Positions 47,101-57,846 of a stretch of DNA of 64,000 bases are shown here, piece after piece. Source of the DNA: Diplonema japonicum (lineage: Eukaryota; Protista; Euglenozoa: Diplonemea); assembly GCA_964019335.1 (NCBI GenBank), contig OZ025755.1:218263-282262 (forward strand), read 5' to 3'. The notes below the pieces were generated by a model, which was not told the origin of the DNA, did no database searches, and worked only from the letters and a program-made list of their open reading frames with translations. Every line of letters starts with the position of its first letter. The first letter of the stretch is position 1. A program made the position numbers and the translations under genes.

Positions 47101-50100
47101 AGAATTGTCCGACAACCACGAACGCCACAAAGAACACTGCACTCGTTTGGTTCCCGTTTTTCCAAGGCCCCCTCCCTGGCCCCGGGGCATCCATCGTCCT
47201 GTACATCATCTCGCGCCACTTCTCACCGACTGAGATCTGGAAGAGGGTGAACATGCTCTCGAAGACGTCGTCGAAGGTGAACCAGATGGGTCCCCAGGAT
47301 GCCTCTGCCTGGACGTAGGAGACCCCGAAGGCCTCGCGCACCTCCATCATGTAGGTCCCGTTGCAGGCCTCTTCTGTCCGGATCGCAGGGTTGGAGCACT
47401 CGTACAGCGCTCCCTTGAAGAGGGACACCCCGACAATGGCGAAGATGAACCACACCATCGTCGACACGAAGATCACGTTCTGAATGGACGGCATCGCCGA
47501 CATCACCGCAGTCAGCACCACCTTCATCTCAGGGGAGCCCGAGGTAACTAGGCGCAGGATGCGCAGCGACCGGAAGCTCCGCAGCGTCGGCACGAACAAC
47601 CCGATAACTGAGGTCACCACAACCACAGCGTCGATCACGTTCCACTTGTCGTTGAAAAACCCGCACCACCCCCACGCCAGGATCTTCGTCACCATCTCCA
47701 ACGAGAACAGCGACACGAACACAAAGTCCCCTACCCGCAGCACCCGGTACAGGCCAGGCTGGTTGTCCTCCACAGACGGGTTGTCAACCGCAATGAAGAT
47801 CAGGTTGATAACAATCACCACAAGTACCATCAGGTCGAAGTAGGTCCATGTAACTATATCGTAGGCAACCTCCCGCGCGCGTGTCGCGTCCAGGGGTCCG
47901 CAGGTGGTGATATTTGTTTTTGTAGAGGATTCACGTGTGAAAGCCAGGAACCTTGAAAGTCTTGCGGAGCATGTTCTGCGGGGCACGTCAGGCGCGAAGT
48001 GCATTTCATCAGTGTTCTGACACGGCAGCTGGTCGTCTGTAACACACCTGCGGATGGACGAGGTCCCGATGACGGGCTTGGCACGCTTCTCAACGGTGAC
48101 TTGCACCCCATCGTCTTCGAAGGTGTAGACTGACATGCTGCGCTCCGCCTTGCGTGCTCCTATGGGTAATAAAATTTCGCTAGCGATGTTGAAACCGGAG
48201 TCCTTGCGTCGTGATCTTAGAGACCGCCGCTTGGGCCCAGCACCAGTGGACGGTGCCTCGGTATTGTAGGTGGTGGTGCTCCAGCTCACTTTACTGGTGC
48301 TCATATCCATGAGGGGGCGCATCGGTGCTGGTGGACGCTTCTCGCTCTCGTCTAGGTCAAGGCAAGGCGGTGTCGACACGATGATGCGGGGCACCAGGAA
48401 GTTGTCGTCCACAGCAGGTTTCAGGTCCATGCCTGACGCATTCAGATTGTCAGCGATGTCCTCCAGTAACGACGTGTTGTTGTTGTTCACATAGACCTCT
48501 TCACCCTCTGGTGGTGTGATGACAATGTCAAACACAGGCTGATCCTCGGACAGCAGTGTCACTGGCTCCGACAAGATGTCGGGGTGCAAGTTGTCCTGCT
48601 TCTTGCCCTTGGTAGGGCTCGCAACGTTGGACTCCAACACGTCATCCTCGGAGCTCAGCAAGGACAGAAAGCTTCTCTCCTTCGTCACTGCAATATCATC
48701 CCCGCCGGTGCTGTCGCTGTCAGGTTCCACTAGCCTTAGCTCTAACACAGGCTTCGCTTTCTTGGCCTCTTCACCTTGCTCTTTCTCCACTGCAAGTTCA
48801 ACGCTCTTGCTGAAGCTATCGATCAGAATGGCTATCAACAGGTTCAGTAAAATGTAGTTCCCCAGCAGGAACAGCGTCACGAAGTAAACGATCGCCGCTG
48901 CTCCGGTTCGCTGTATGGTGTTCTTCATGATCTGTGCCCAGTTCTCGCCTGTCACGACCACGAACACCGTCAGTGCGGAGGCACCTAGGTTCTCGAACCC
49001 ACATCGTCCATCGTCGTCCTTGCACGCGAAGAGCTGCACCCCCATCACAGAGTAGATGAACAGGAACAACATCACGATGATGCTGAGGTACCCAACAGCT
49101 GATATCGCCTCGGAGACCTGCATCATGAATTCCTCAAGGCCGTTGAAATTCTTCACCAGCCTGAACATCCTAGCGAGCCTGAAGCCGCGAAGCGCGGTGA
49201 ACCCTGTGCTACCAGAGCCGGGGCTTGGTGTGATTATCTCCGGAATGGATACCAAAACCAGCAGGAAGTCGAAGGTGTTGTAGTTGTCGGAGAAGTACAA
49301 CTCAGGTGTCATCCCGATGATCTTGAGAATGGCCTCCATGAGGAACATGTGCACAGACACGAAGTTGATCCAATCAATGAAAGCCTTCCACGTGCTACCA
49401 ATGGTGTAGTGGTCCATCGAGAGGGCGATAATGTTCACAACAGTGAGGGTTGTGATGAAGACCTCGAAAGGTGCTGACGTGCTGAAGTCGTACAAAACGT
49501 CGACGACGGGGTTCTTCTGATAGTTGGGACACATCTTGCACCTGATGCTCTCGTCCATCGGTTCCTCCTGCAAGTAGACGGTGTTGTTCCACAGCAGAGA
49601 GTGTGTAGTAGCTAGCAGCGTCGGCTCGTCTTCGCTGAGAAGGCTTTCGTCTTCGTTGTCGCTGCACTCCTCCAGCTCCGATTCCTCAATCAGAAACGGC
49701 AAACAGATAACAAGAACAGGATGGAGCAGTGAGCCACCCAGCAACGAGCTTTCCGACAACGCAAGCACCTCAGGCCGCAACCTTGTTGCACGTTTCTCCT
49801 TCTCTGTTACATATACATTCGCCAGGACGGCCAGGATCAAGTTTACAGCGAAGACGTTTCCAAGAAGAGTGCAGAGGAAGAAGTAGATCCAAGCGATGTG
49901 GCCGTTGGCGTCTTGGACGTCCTTCATGTCGTCGGGCCAGTCATCCAGAGACATGAGCTTGAAGGTGAGGAGGAGGGAGCTGAAGATGTTGTCGAAGTTC
50001 AGGACCTCGCGCTTGTAGGTGCCCTCGCGGATGATGCAGCTCTGTCGGACGCCGAGGCCGTTCGTGGAGCAGGAGCGCCCGCTCCCGCAGGTCTCGGTGT

Positions 50101-51613
50101 CGTTGAAGACCAACCAGGGGCGGGAGTTGTAGTCCCCCGTCACGTCGTAGGTGGTCTCGCTGTCCCCTTGGGTCGAGAAGAAGGTTGCGTTCACGGTCCC
50201 CTCCCACGGGGGGTCCAAGTAGCACCGTTGATGGAAGTCTCCAGAAAAGAGCTGTATCCCCAGAATGGCGAAGACCCACATGAGGAGGAAGAACAGGAGG
50301 AAGATGTCGATGGCGAGCGGGAGCGCCGAGGCGAGTGTCGCCATCAGCTGCCGCAACTCCTTCACCCGGTTCATCGTGCGCAAGGGTCGCAGGCACCGCA
50401 GCAGCCGAAGCGCCGTGAAGTTCCCAGACCCCGCCGCCAACGCCGCATACCCAGACAGCACGATCAGGAAGTCCAACCGGTTCCAGAAGGGGACAGGGTC
50501 AGACCGCAAATACGACCCGGGGTGCATCACAAACCCGAGAGCCAGGATCTTCAAAACCATCTCGATCGTGAAGAGCGCCTGGAAAGTGATCTCGGACACC
50601 GAGGTCACCTCCTGCAGCCAGTCCACGTCGTTGAACAGCGGGTCGTCCAGCACAAGCGCGAACCCGTTCAGAATGATCAGCAGCAGCACACCCCTGTCGA
50701 ACCACACATTGTCAATGACCTGCACGAGCCTGATCCTGAAGGTGGACTTGGCCGGGATGCACAGAACGATGCGGTCGACTACGTTGAAGGGGTAGTCCTG
50801 CCGACGGGGGCCAAGCGTCTTGAGGGACATCACACGACGGTGCTCCCGGAAGTTGAATCGTGACAGGGGCGGCTTGTATGTGCGCGTGAAGGTACCTATG
50901 GCAGCTGTCTCGTCAACACGGAAGACAAGCAAGTTGGGTGTGACAGCGGTCACAGAGATGTCTTCGATGTAGCAGGTGACATCGCTCTTCAGCCACCCTT
51001 GAGTGCTGTGCCCCACGGCTGGCACGGATGCTGTCCACCACGTGCAGGAGTTGTTGTGCTGCGTGGTGATGTGTGAGCCGTGTAGACCGAACTTTTTGAC
51101 TGACACACGAAATGCTTGGTGCTCCAGCCCGCAGTGCTGCGACGTGAAGTAATCCACGCACGACCACTCGCCGTAAAAATCGTGCTTCTGGAAGCTATGG
51201 CTGTCCGTCTCTGGGGTGGCTTCTACGCCGTGTCGCTTGAAGACACACAGCACCTCTGTGGTGGGCTTCATCTTGGGAAGGGGTTTGTATGTGAACCCGC
51301 AACATTTCTCTTCCGAAACGCAGTACTCCTTCGCGTCTTCTATTGTGTAGTAGCCGATGGAGTAGTCATGTGTTTTTGCAAAGCTGCCTCTGCGGTAGAT
51401 GAGGGGGTCGTCTTTGCTGGTGAATTGTGCGTACTGTTCAAGAAGACGAGTGGCGGTGGAGGCAGAGGAATGGGTTTGGCGAAGATGTGTGATCAGGTCA
51501 CGGATAGTGGGGTAAATTGCGTATGTGAGGTTTGTAGGGGAGTATGTTCCGGAGTTTGCGTACCGCAGGGCGCTGGACGTGGAAGTAGTGGGGTATTCCG
51601 AGGTCCTTTCGCG

Positions 51614-51650
<37 letters not shown>

Positions 51651-51892
51651 TCCTCGTCTTCTTTTTTTCGTTCTTCGTCCTCTGTTGCGTCCCCTTCGCT
51701 GGTCGTCTCCTTGCCTTCCTCTTCCTCTTCCTCTTCCTCTTCCTCTTCCCCCTCCCCTTCTCCTTCGTTGTACTCAGTATCGGACCGGAACTCCAGCACC
51801 GGCGCCCCCTGACCCATTGGTACGGTGTACGAAAAAACTGGCGAGTTGGCAATTGCGCTCTCGCTTTCCTCATCCATCATGCTTTCCTTCAT
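44192..51892 (-). CDS. Four-domain voltage-gated Ca2+-type channel alpha subunit B with C-terminal MORN repeats; join(44336..51892,44192..44278), ~2547 aa
   Basis: Tandem paralogue of channel A; pore loops SLDDW, TGENW, VGEKW, TTEGW; acidic N-terminus; MORN-like YYGELREGVPHGAG, YYSGDWDMGQRHGTG. Confidence 0.93.
44279..44335 (-). other. 57-nt in-frame GT-AG intron, A-rich, near the 3' end of channel B
   Basis: GTG|GTATGT...AAAAAAAAAAAAACAG|GAT; explains GKKKEKRKKKKQ in the ORF translation. Confidence 0.8.
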
Positions 51893-53066
51893 TGATACCG
51901 TGACAAACTATCTCGTTCCTGCATTGTGGGTTTTTTTTCCTCTTTTTTTTCCCCTTTCTTCCTTGCCCAATCCTGCGGGGGTGATGTTTTTCCCCCCCCC
52001 CCTTTTTTTCCCCTTCATTTCTTGTTTTCAATATGGACGCAACAGGGAAACCCCCATCGAAAACACCGTTTCATTCCTTGCCGAGATGACAGCTTTCATG
52101 TTGAAATCATAAAAGTTAATCTTACGCTGTGCTGCCTGAGGAACAAGCTCGTGGGAGGGCGTACCGTCTGCTGTCCGAGGCCGGGTACACAAATCCAAAA
52201 CAGCAAGGCTTAAGCATCAGAGGGGAAAGGGTGCACAAAAAAAAAGGGGGGCACCATCGTAGAGATGACTATTTTCTTTTTTTGATGAAAAGCAGCAAGA
52301 AAAACAGGAGTAAGGGCAAAAGGCAGCTAGTGTATTTCTCGTTTTTTTTTTTTTTTTTTTTTTTTTTGTTTCCTTTTTTTTTTTTTAGTTCATTTTTCTC
52401 ACCTTGACTCATTCCCCTCTTCCTCTGTTTTCATTGTTGATGTGTTTAGTCGTCCTAATGTTTTTTTTCTTTCCTTTTTATATTTATTTATTTACTTTTT
52501 TTTTCTGCCTCTTGTCTTACAAAAACACTTCGGCAACACCGGTTCTTGCATTAAAAGAAAAAAGAAAAGAAAAAAAATACTGCTGAGGGGAAATAATGTG
52601 AGGAAAAAAGAAATATTGCCGGTTTTAAATACATACGAGAAGGCAGACCCTTCAAACAAGGCTATATTTTTTCCTCCTTCTCCATATTGTTCCTCAACAA
52701 TAGGGGGGGGAAAGAAAAATAAAGAAGCAAGAGACAACCTCAAAACAGGATAACCCAGGCTTGCTCTGACGGATGGTAGGGGAAAACTGGGTCGAAAAAA
52801 AAAAATGTAAGGCAGACTTACTTCTTAAACTTTATAAAGGAGTTATGACTAACGAATTGCAAGCGTATTTTGCCCTCAAAAATACATCAAAAAAAAAGCA
52901 AACCTTAGCCCCCCTTTTCTGAGGTTTTCTCAGGAGAAGAAAAAAAAGACGGGAGGGGAAAACAAAATGTGCAATAAAAAAACAACATAAAACGCGCCCC
53001 CCCCCCCCCCCCCCCCCATAGACTGAGAACCGGAAAAAGGAAAAAAGAGGACACATCTCTTTTTTT

Positions 53067-54574
53067 TTATAGCCTCCTGAGGTTCGAATCGTGGACCATC
53101 TGGGTTTTTTTTTTTTTTTTTTTTTTTTTCTTTCCCACACACCTTAAACAGTGCCACATTACATCCTGCGGAGGTGAGCAAGGATATGACTATCCAGACA
53201 AGCTTGACCAGCCCGTGCGGGTAGGAGGGATATGATGCTGAGGCGAAGAAGATGACCCACGGTGCAGCCCAGAGCGCGCAGTGAGACCACTCGAGCCTCA
53301 ACCTCACGGAATAGACCCGCTTGAAAAGGAAGGCGGCCGAGTGGTAGAGGCACAAGGCATAGTACGTGAGGAACAGGGGCCACGCAAGCCCAGGGGGTGT
53401 GATCCCTGGGGTCACCACTCTGCCCACAATCAATGAACACCCCGACAGCACAACACCAACGATGACCGCAGTGCAGGAGCTCTTTCCCCACGTGAACCAC
53501 ACCCCAGGACGGTTGTCGGGGTCCGCATCAGTCGGCAGTGGAGGCGGTGCCTTAGAGGTGTGCTGCTTCTTCGCAATCTTTTTAATATTATTATTGATTT
53601 TTTTTTCTTCTTTTTCTTTTTTTTTTTTTTTTTTTCCCCCATTTATATACCTCGACCAAAAGAAAGTGCACAACGGGCGCAGCCACCAAAAGCAGAATCT
53701 GCCAAGGGTAGTCTGTGTAGCTATCGACCCTGTTTCTGAACTTCAGCCACAGCCAGTGCATGTCCATCAGCGGGTAGCACCACCACCACCACGGCTTGCC
53801 GAAGGTGGCAATCGGGTAGGTCATGGTGACGATATCCTCAGCCTTCCCCCACGGCCCCCCCCACGACATCTTCTCGTAATAATAAATGTGGTGCATGTTG
53901 TAGGGAACAGGGAGGCGGTTCATGCGGTCTGTGCTGGGCGGCTTGTCGCGCGTCCACTCGGGGGCTGCGTTGAAGTTCTCGAAGTACGAGTTGATGAAGC
54001 CTTGGTCTGCACCGTCGAAGGACTTGAGGGTGTTGAGCTTCTGGATCATGTCCGTGAAGACAGCATGGTCAGGCTTCACTACTAGAATGGCGGTGTGGAA
54101 GCTGATGGGGTTGAAGAACACAGCGCAGAAGTCGCCACAATTAAACAGGAAGTCCGCATGCTGCAGGACCACCACGTCTGCATCCAGGAATATGACCTTA
54201 TTGTACTGTGTCAGGTCCCAAATGCGGAGCTTGTTGAGGGAGAAGGCGAATCGCTGCAGCGTTTGGGTCCAAGGGCTCTCGATGTTGTCCACCCAAATTA
54301 GCTTCACCCCATCGTCTTGGAACCCTTTCGCGTACCTTGCCTGTGTCCCCTTTGCGATCAGCACCACTCGGTCTGCCTCGCTCCCACTGTCTTTGATGCT
54401 CTGCATCAGCACCCTTGCAGCCAGAAAATACTCATCGTCATTCTTTCCCGCCTCGTAGTAGATCGTTACCCACGCATTCTTCGCGATCCGTTGCTCACCC
54501 GTAGTAGTAGCCACCATCCCCTGCTCTTCTGTCACGGCCATGCCGAGCGTGCATAGCAGTATCAGTAACCTCAT
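53067..54574 (-). CDS. GT8 glycosyltransferase with signal peptide and C-terminal multi-TM region (plant PGSIP7/8 / GINT1-like architecture); join(53651..54574,53143..53577,53067..53099), 463 aa
   Basis: AWVTIYY...DDEYFLAARVLMQSI, LNKLRIWDLTQYNKVIFLDAD (DxD), FCAVFFNP, SFDGADQGFINSYF, RLPVPYN, KPWWWW; two GT-AG introns join three frames cleanly. Confidence 0.88.
53100..53142 (-). other. 43-nt GT-AG intron, poly(A)-filled
   Basis: AAG|GTGTGT...A-run...CCCAG|ATG; terminal exon MVHDSNLRRL*. Confidence 0.75.
53578..53650 (-). other. 73-nt GT-AG intron, poly(A)-filled
   Basis: GAG|GTATAT...A-runs...TTAAAAAG|ATT; joins the GT8 catalytic ORF in frame to the TM ORF (IAKKQHTSK). Confidence 0.85.
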
Positions 54575-54828
54575 GTTCTTCTTTCTTGCTTCTTTCTTTT
54601 TTTTTTTTTTAAATTATCCCCCCCGCTCCTAAAGGGTTGATTTTTTTTTTATTGTTGTTTCGTCTTTTTCTGAAGTTGAATGAAGGTTTTTTTTTTCCGA
54701 AGGGGTGGGGGGTCTATGGCTGATGGTAGTAGATATAAGTCAGCAAGCATTCGTGAATCACACCCTTCACCAAACTTTCACATAACACTTTCAGTTTCTT
54801 CTTTTTTTGTTGCAGCTTGTTTGGCACT

Positions 54829-55190
54829 CTAGTCGAAGAGACCGAAGTCGTCCATGCCCTCGTCGGACTCCTCGACAGGGGCAGCCGCGGCGGCCTGTGT
54901 GTGGTGTTAAAGGAAAAAATGAAACATACAGGGGCAGCGGCGCCACCAGCGGGGGCAGCAGCGGCAGCGGAGCCACCACCACCACCACCACCACCGCACG
55001 AGGCAAGCTTCGTGTTGCCCTCAGCGATGATCTCCTTGATGTCCTTACCCTCAAGCTGTGCGAAGAGGTCCTTGATCTTGGCATCGTCGGCCTCGCCACC
55101 AACAGCGGTCACGATCTTCTTGACGTCCTTCTCGCTGGGAGACTCGGTACCAGCGGCCTGGGCGAGGAGGTAGGCGGCAATGTATCTCAT
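54829..55190 (-). CDS. RPLP2: 60S acidic ribosomal protein P2, copy 2; join(54930..55190,54829..54894), 108 aa
   Basis: MRYIAAYLLA...LEGKDIKEIIAEG..KLAS, Ala/Gly hinge; after the 35-nt intron (54895-54929, GTATGT...ACACAG) ends EESDEGMDDFGLFD*. Confidence 0.95.
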
Positions 55191-55313
55191 TTTCTTTTTT
55201 TTTTAAAAGTAAAGGGAAAGGCAACAAGCTGGGAGGGAAATGATGCAGACAAGTCGCACAAGAAAGCAAGCAATGACTTAAATAAGAAGGACTGTTGCAT
55301 GTAGTTCAACACT

Positions 55314-55675
55314 CTAGTCGAAGAGACCGAAGTCGTCCATGCCCTCGTCGGACTCCTCGACAGGGGCAGCCGCGGCGGCCTGTGTGTGGTGTTAAAAGAT
55401 AAAATGAAACATACAGGGGCAGCGGCGCCACCAGCGGGGGCAGCAGCGGCAGCGGAGCCACCACCACCACCACCACCACCGCACGAGGCAAGCTTCGTGT
55501 TGCCCTCAGCGATGATCTCCTTGATGTCCTTACCCTCAAGCTGTGCGAAGAGGTCCTTGATCTTGGCATCGTCGGCCTCGCCACCAACAGCAGTCACGAT
55601 CTTCTTGACGTCCTTCTCGCTGGGAGACTCGGTACCAGCGGCCTGGGCGAGGAGGTAGGCGGCAATGTATCTCAT
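55314..55675 (-). CDS. RPLP2: 60S acidic ribosomal protein P2, copy 1; join(55415..55675,55314..55379), 108 aa
   Basis: Near-identical tandem duplicate; 35-nt intron 55380-55414. Confidence 0.95.
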
Positions 55676-55810
55676 TTTAAGTGTTTTTTTTTTTTTTTTT
55701 TTCCTTCTTTTTTAATTCAATCTTTTTTTTTTTTTTTTTTTTTTTTTTGTTTAGGAAGGAAAGGAGATTCGGGCACAATACAGGGGGAAAAGAACAATAA
55801 ATGAATAAGA

Positions 55811-56250
55811 TTACAAATCGTCAGAAGACAATGTGCTGCAGAACCCAGGGAGCACAGGGAGGGCAAGGGTTTGCTGTGGCCTGGACAAGGCAGAGAAGGG
55901 CCAAGGCCAGGTGCCAAGGGAAGGATGGTGCACCCAGCAGTAGGATTTGAGAACATTAGTGGATGTAATGGTGCATTTGTGCCCACATTGCTGGGCCATT
56001 CTAGGATGCCATACTGCCACGGAACCTGGAACCCTCTGCGCAGTAACCGTCATCTCTGCGAGTTCTGGGTCATCGACAACCCACACCTGCTTGCCTGGCA
56101 CAAGCCAGTCTCGGTCTACTTTTGGGGCATCCCTATGCCGTGGTGACAGCTCTGATGCAGCTGAGACCATAGAGGCATTGCTGCACAGCCTTGTGCGTGT
56201 AGGGCTCCTCCTCCCTTCATCACCGTCGTCTTCGTCATCGCTGTTAAAGG
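55811..56250 (-). CDS. Small protein with a Mind-bomb-repeat (SH3_15)-like domain; 5' structure unresolved
   Basis: PGKQVWVVDDPE...W...MAQQCGHKCTI...V...W.WPFSAL resembles the MIB SH3-repeat pattern; possible upstream intron 56251-56323; first in-frame ATG at 56170. Confidence 0.55.
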
Positions 56251-57261
56251 CTGTAAAGTTTAACGTTTTTTTTTTTTTTCTTTTTTTTTTTTTTATGTAG
56301 GTCCTTCCTGCATGATGGTTTACCAAGCCCGTGAGTGATGCTGTTGAAATATGAAACAAACAAATAAACTAATAATAAATAATCACAACGAGAGGTCACT
56401 TTGGGGGGATAAAAACAAAAGGGTTAATAAAAGGCAAATCCCACTTGAGGACCCTTAAGAAGGGGGGGGGGGGGGGGGTGAGGAAGGGGTGGATTATAAA
56501 AAAAAGAGACATTTAAAAAAAAACAAAGAAAACAACAACAAAAATGTGGAATCCAAATCCAATTGAAAGCTCTTTTTCAATTTACGTTTCTTTTTTATGC
56601 AGAGGTATGCTGGGAACATTCGAAGAAGGACGGGGGGGGGGGGGTGATAAATAAAATGGTGAGCAACATGACTCGTTCCTTTTAGATAGACCGAGGAAAG
56701 AAGAATAAAGGCAGTAGTAAGAAAGACGCCAAACCGTTTTTATTTCAAAGACAAAAAAAAGGAGTGGAAAGGGTGCAAAAAAAAAAAAAAAAAAGTGCGA
56801 TCTTCATAAATAACCTTAAGAAAGCTTCCTTCCTGCTTCTGTTCTTTTTGTAGTATTCCTCACTGCCCCACCCAGGTATAGTCATTCGAAATGTTTTCGC
56901 AAAACGAAATTCATTTTCGCATGTGGTCTAAGAAAACAAGAGATATAAATATGGTGCTAAAGCCACATGAAATATCTCAGCGAAAAAAAAAATCTTTCTC
57001 ACGTTATTTTTAATTCGACACTCCCTCCTTCCCATGAAGTAAATGAGGCAAGATTGCATGGAGTAAAAGAAAGCAATAGTTACATTTAGCTTCACTGCGC
57101 TCTTAAGAAGAAAATAAGAGAGGGGGGGGAAAGGGGGTGCAAAATAGTGAAACATTAAATTTAAAAAATACACAAAAAACAAACCTCCCTAGTAATATCT
57201 TGAAAATCTATCTAAAAAAAGGGGATAAAAGAGAGAAAAAAGAATCTCAGAACAGGTCGGG

Positions 57262-57846
57262 TTACAGTTGGAGCCCCTTTTCGTAGTACTTCAGAAGAGT
57301 GGGGAAGTCACAGATGGGATCGATAGCAGGACGCATTTTCTTTGCAGCGCGAATGGCTTCCATGGCAGGAAGGCGAGCAGCACGCATAAGGAAAGCAGTC
57401 CCTGTAGTGCCTGCACGATGAGCCCCTGCAAGGCAATGGATGAGGACGGACTGCCCCTGGTTTGTGGCCTCCTCAACCCACTTAAAAACATCTTCAAAGT
57501 AGGCCTTTGCCACCTCAGCTGTGTTGATATTGGGCACAGTCCTCCAGTACGAAACGGGGAACCTCTTGTAGTAGAACCCCGGCTTCCCCTCGTGGTAGTT
57601 CGTTGTGGTTGTGTCTTGGCAGTTCACAATGTGAGAGATACCGTTCTCCCTCAACATTCTCATATCAGCTGCTGCAGTGTGGTTGCCCACGAAGACCTTC
57701 GCCCCTGTGACTTTGTTCTGCCAGATGACGTCCAGAGGATTGTACCTCCCAGGCACCACCCCACTCCCGTCTTCTGGCAGATTCAGCTTCCTGAACAAAA
57801 TTCTAGCCTCTTCATCATAATCGGGAACTTGCCTTCGTGACATCAT
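57262..57846 (-). CDS. Dual-specificity protein phosphatase (194 aa)
   Basis: VFVGNHTAAAD, GISHIVNC, catalytic VLIHCLAGAHRAGT, AFLM, RPAIDP; start at ATG ATG after a purine run. Confidence 0.9.
   Translation of the reverse strand: MMSRRQVPDYDEEARILFRKLNLPEDGSGVVPGRYNPLDVIWQNKVTGAKVFVGNHTAAADMRMLRENGISHIVNCQDTTTTNYHEGKPGFYYKRFPVSYWRTVPNINTAEVAKAYFEDVFKWVEEATNQGQSVLIHCLAGAHRAGTTGTAFLMRAARLPAMEAIRAAKKMRPAIDPICDFPTLLKYYEKGLQL

Noticed and set aside
26345-51892. Apparent Ca2+/Mg2+ signalling cluster (IQ, PP2C, NIPA, channels)
   Set aside because: Neighbours in unidirectional arrays are usually functionally unrelated; there is no evidence of co-regulation without synteny data.
53070-53100. GGTTCGAATC tRNA T-loop-like motif
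   Set aside because: No cloverleaf or acceptor stem; it lies antisense in the last GT8 exon.
56253-56300. Textbook GT...polyT...AG intron on the plus strand
   Set aside because: Opposite to the coding strand, and its removal does not restore the minus-strand frame; attributed to homopolymer chance.
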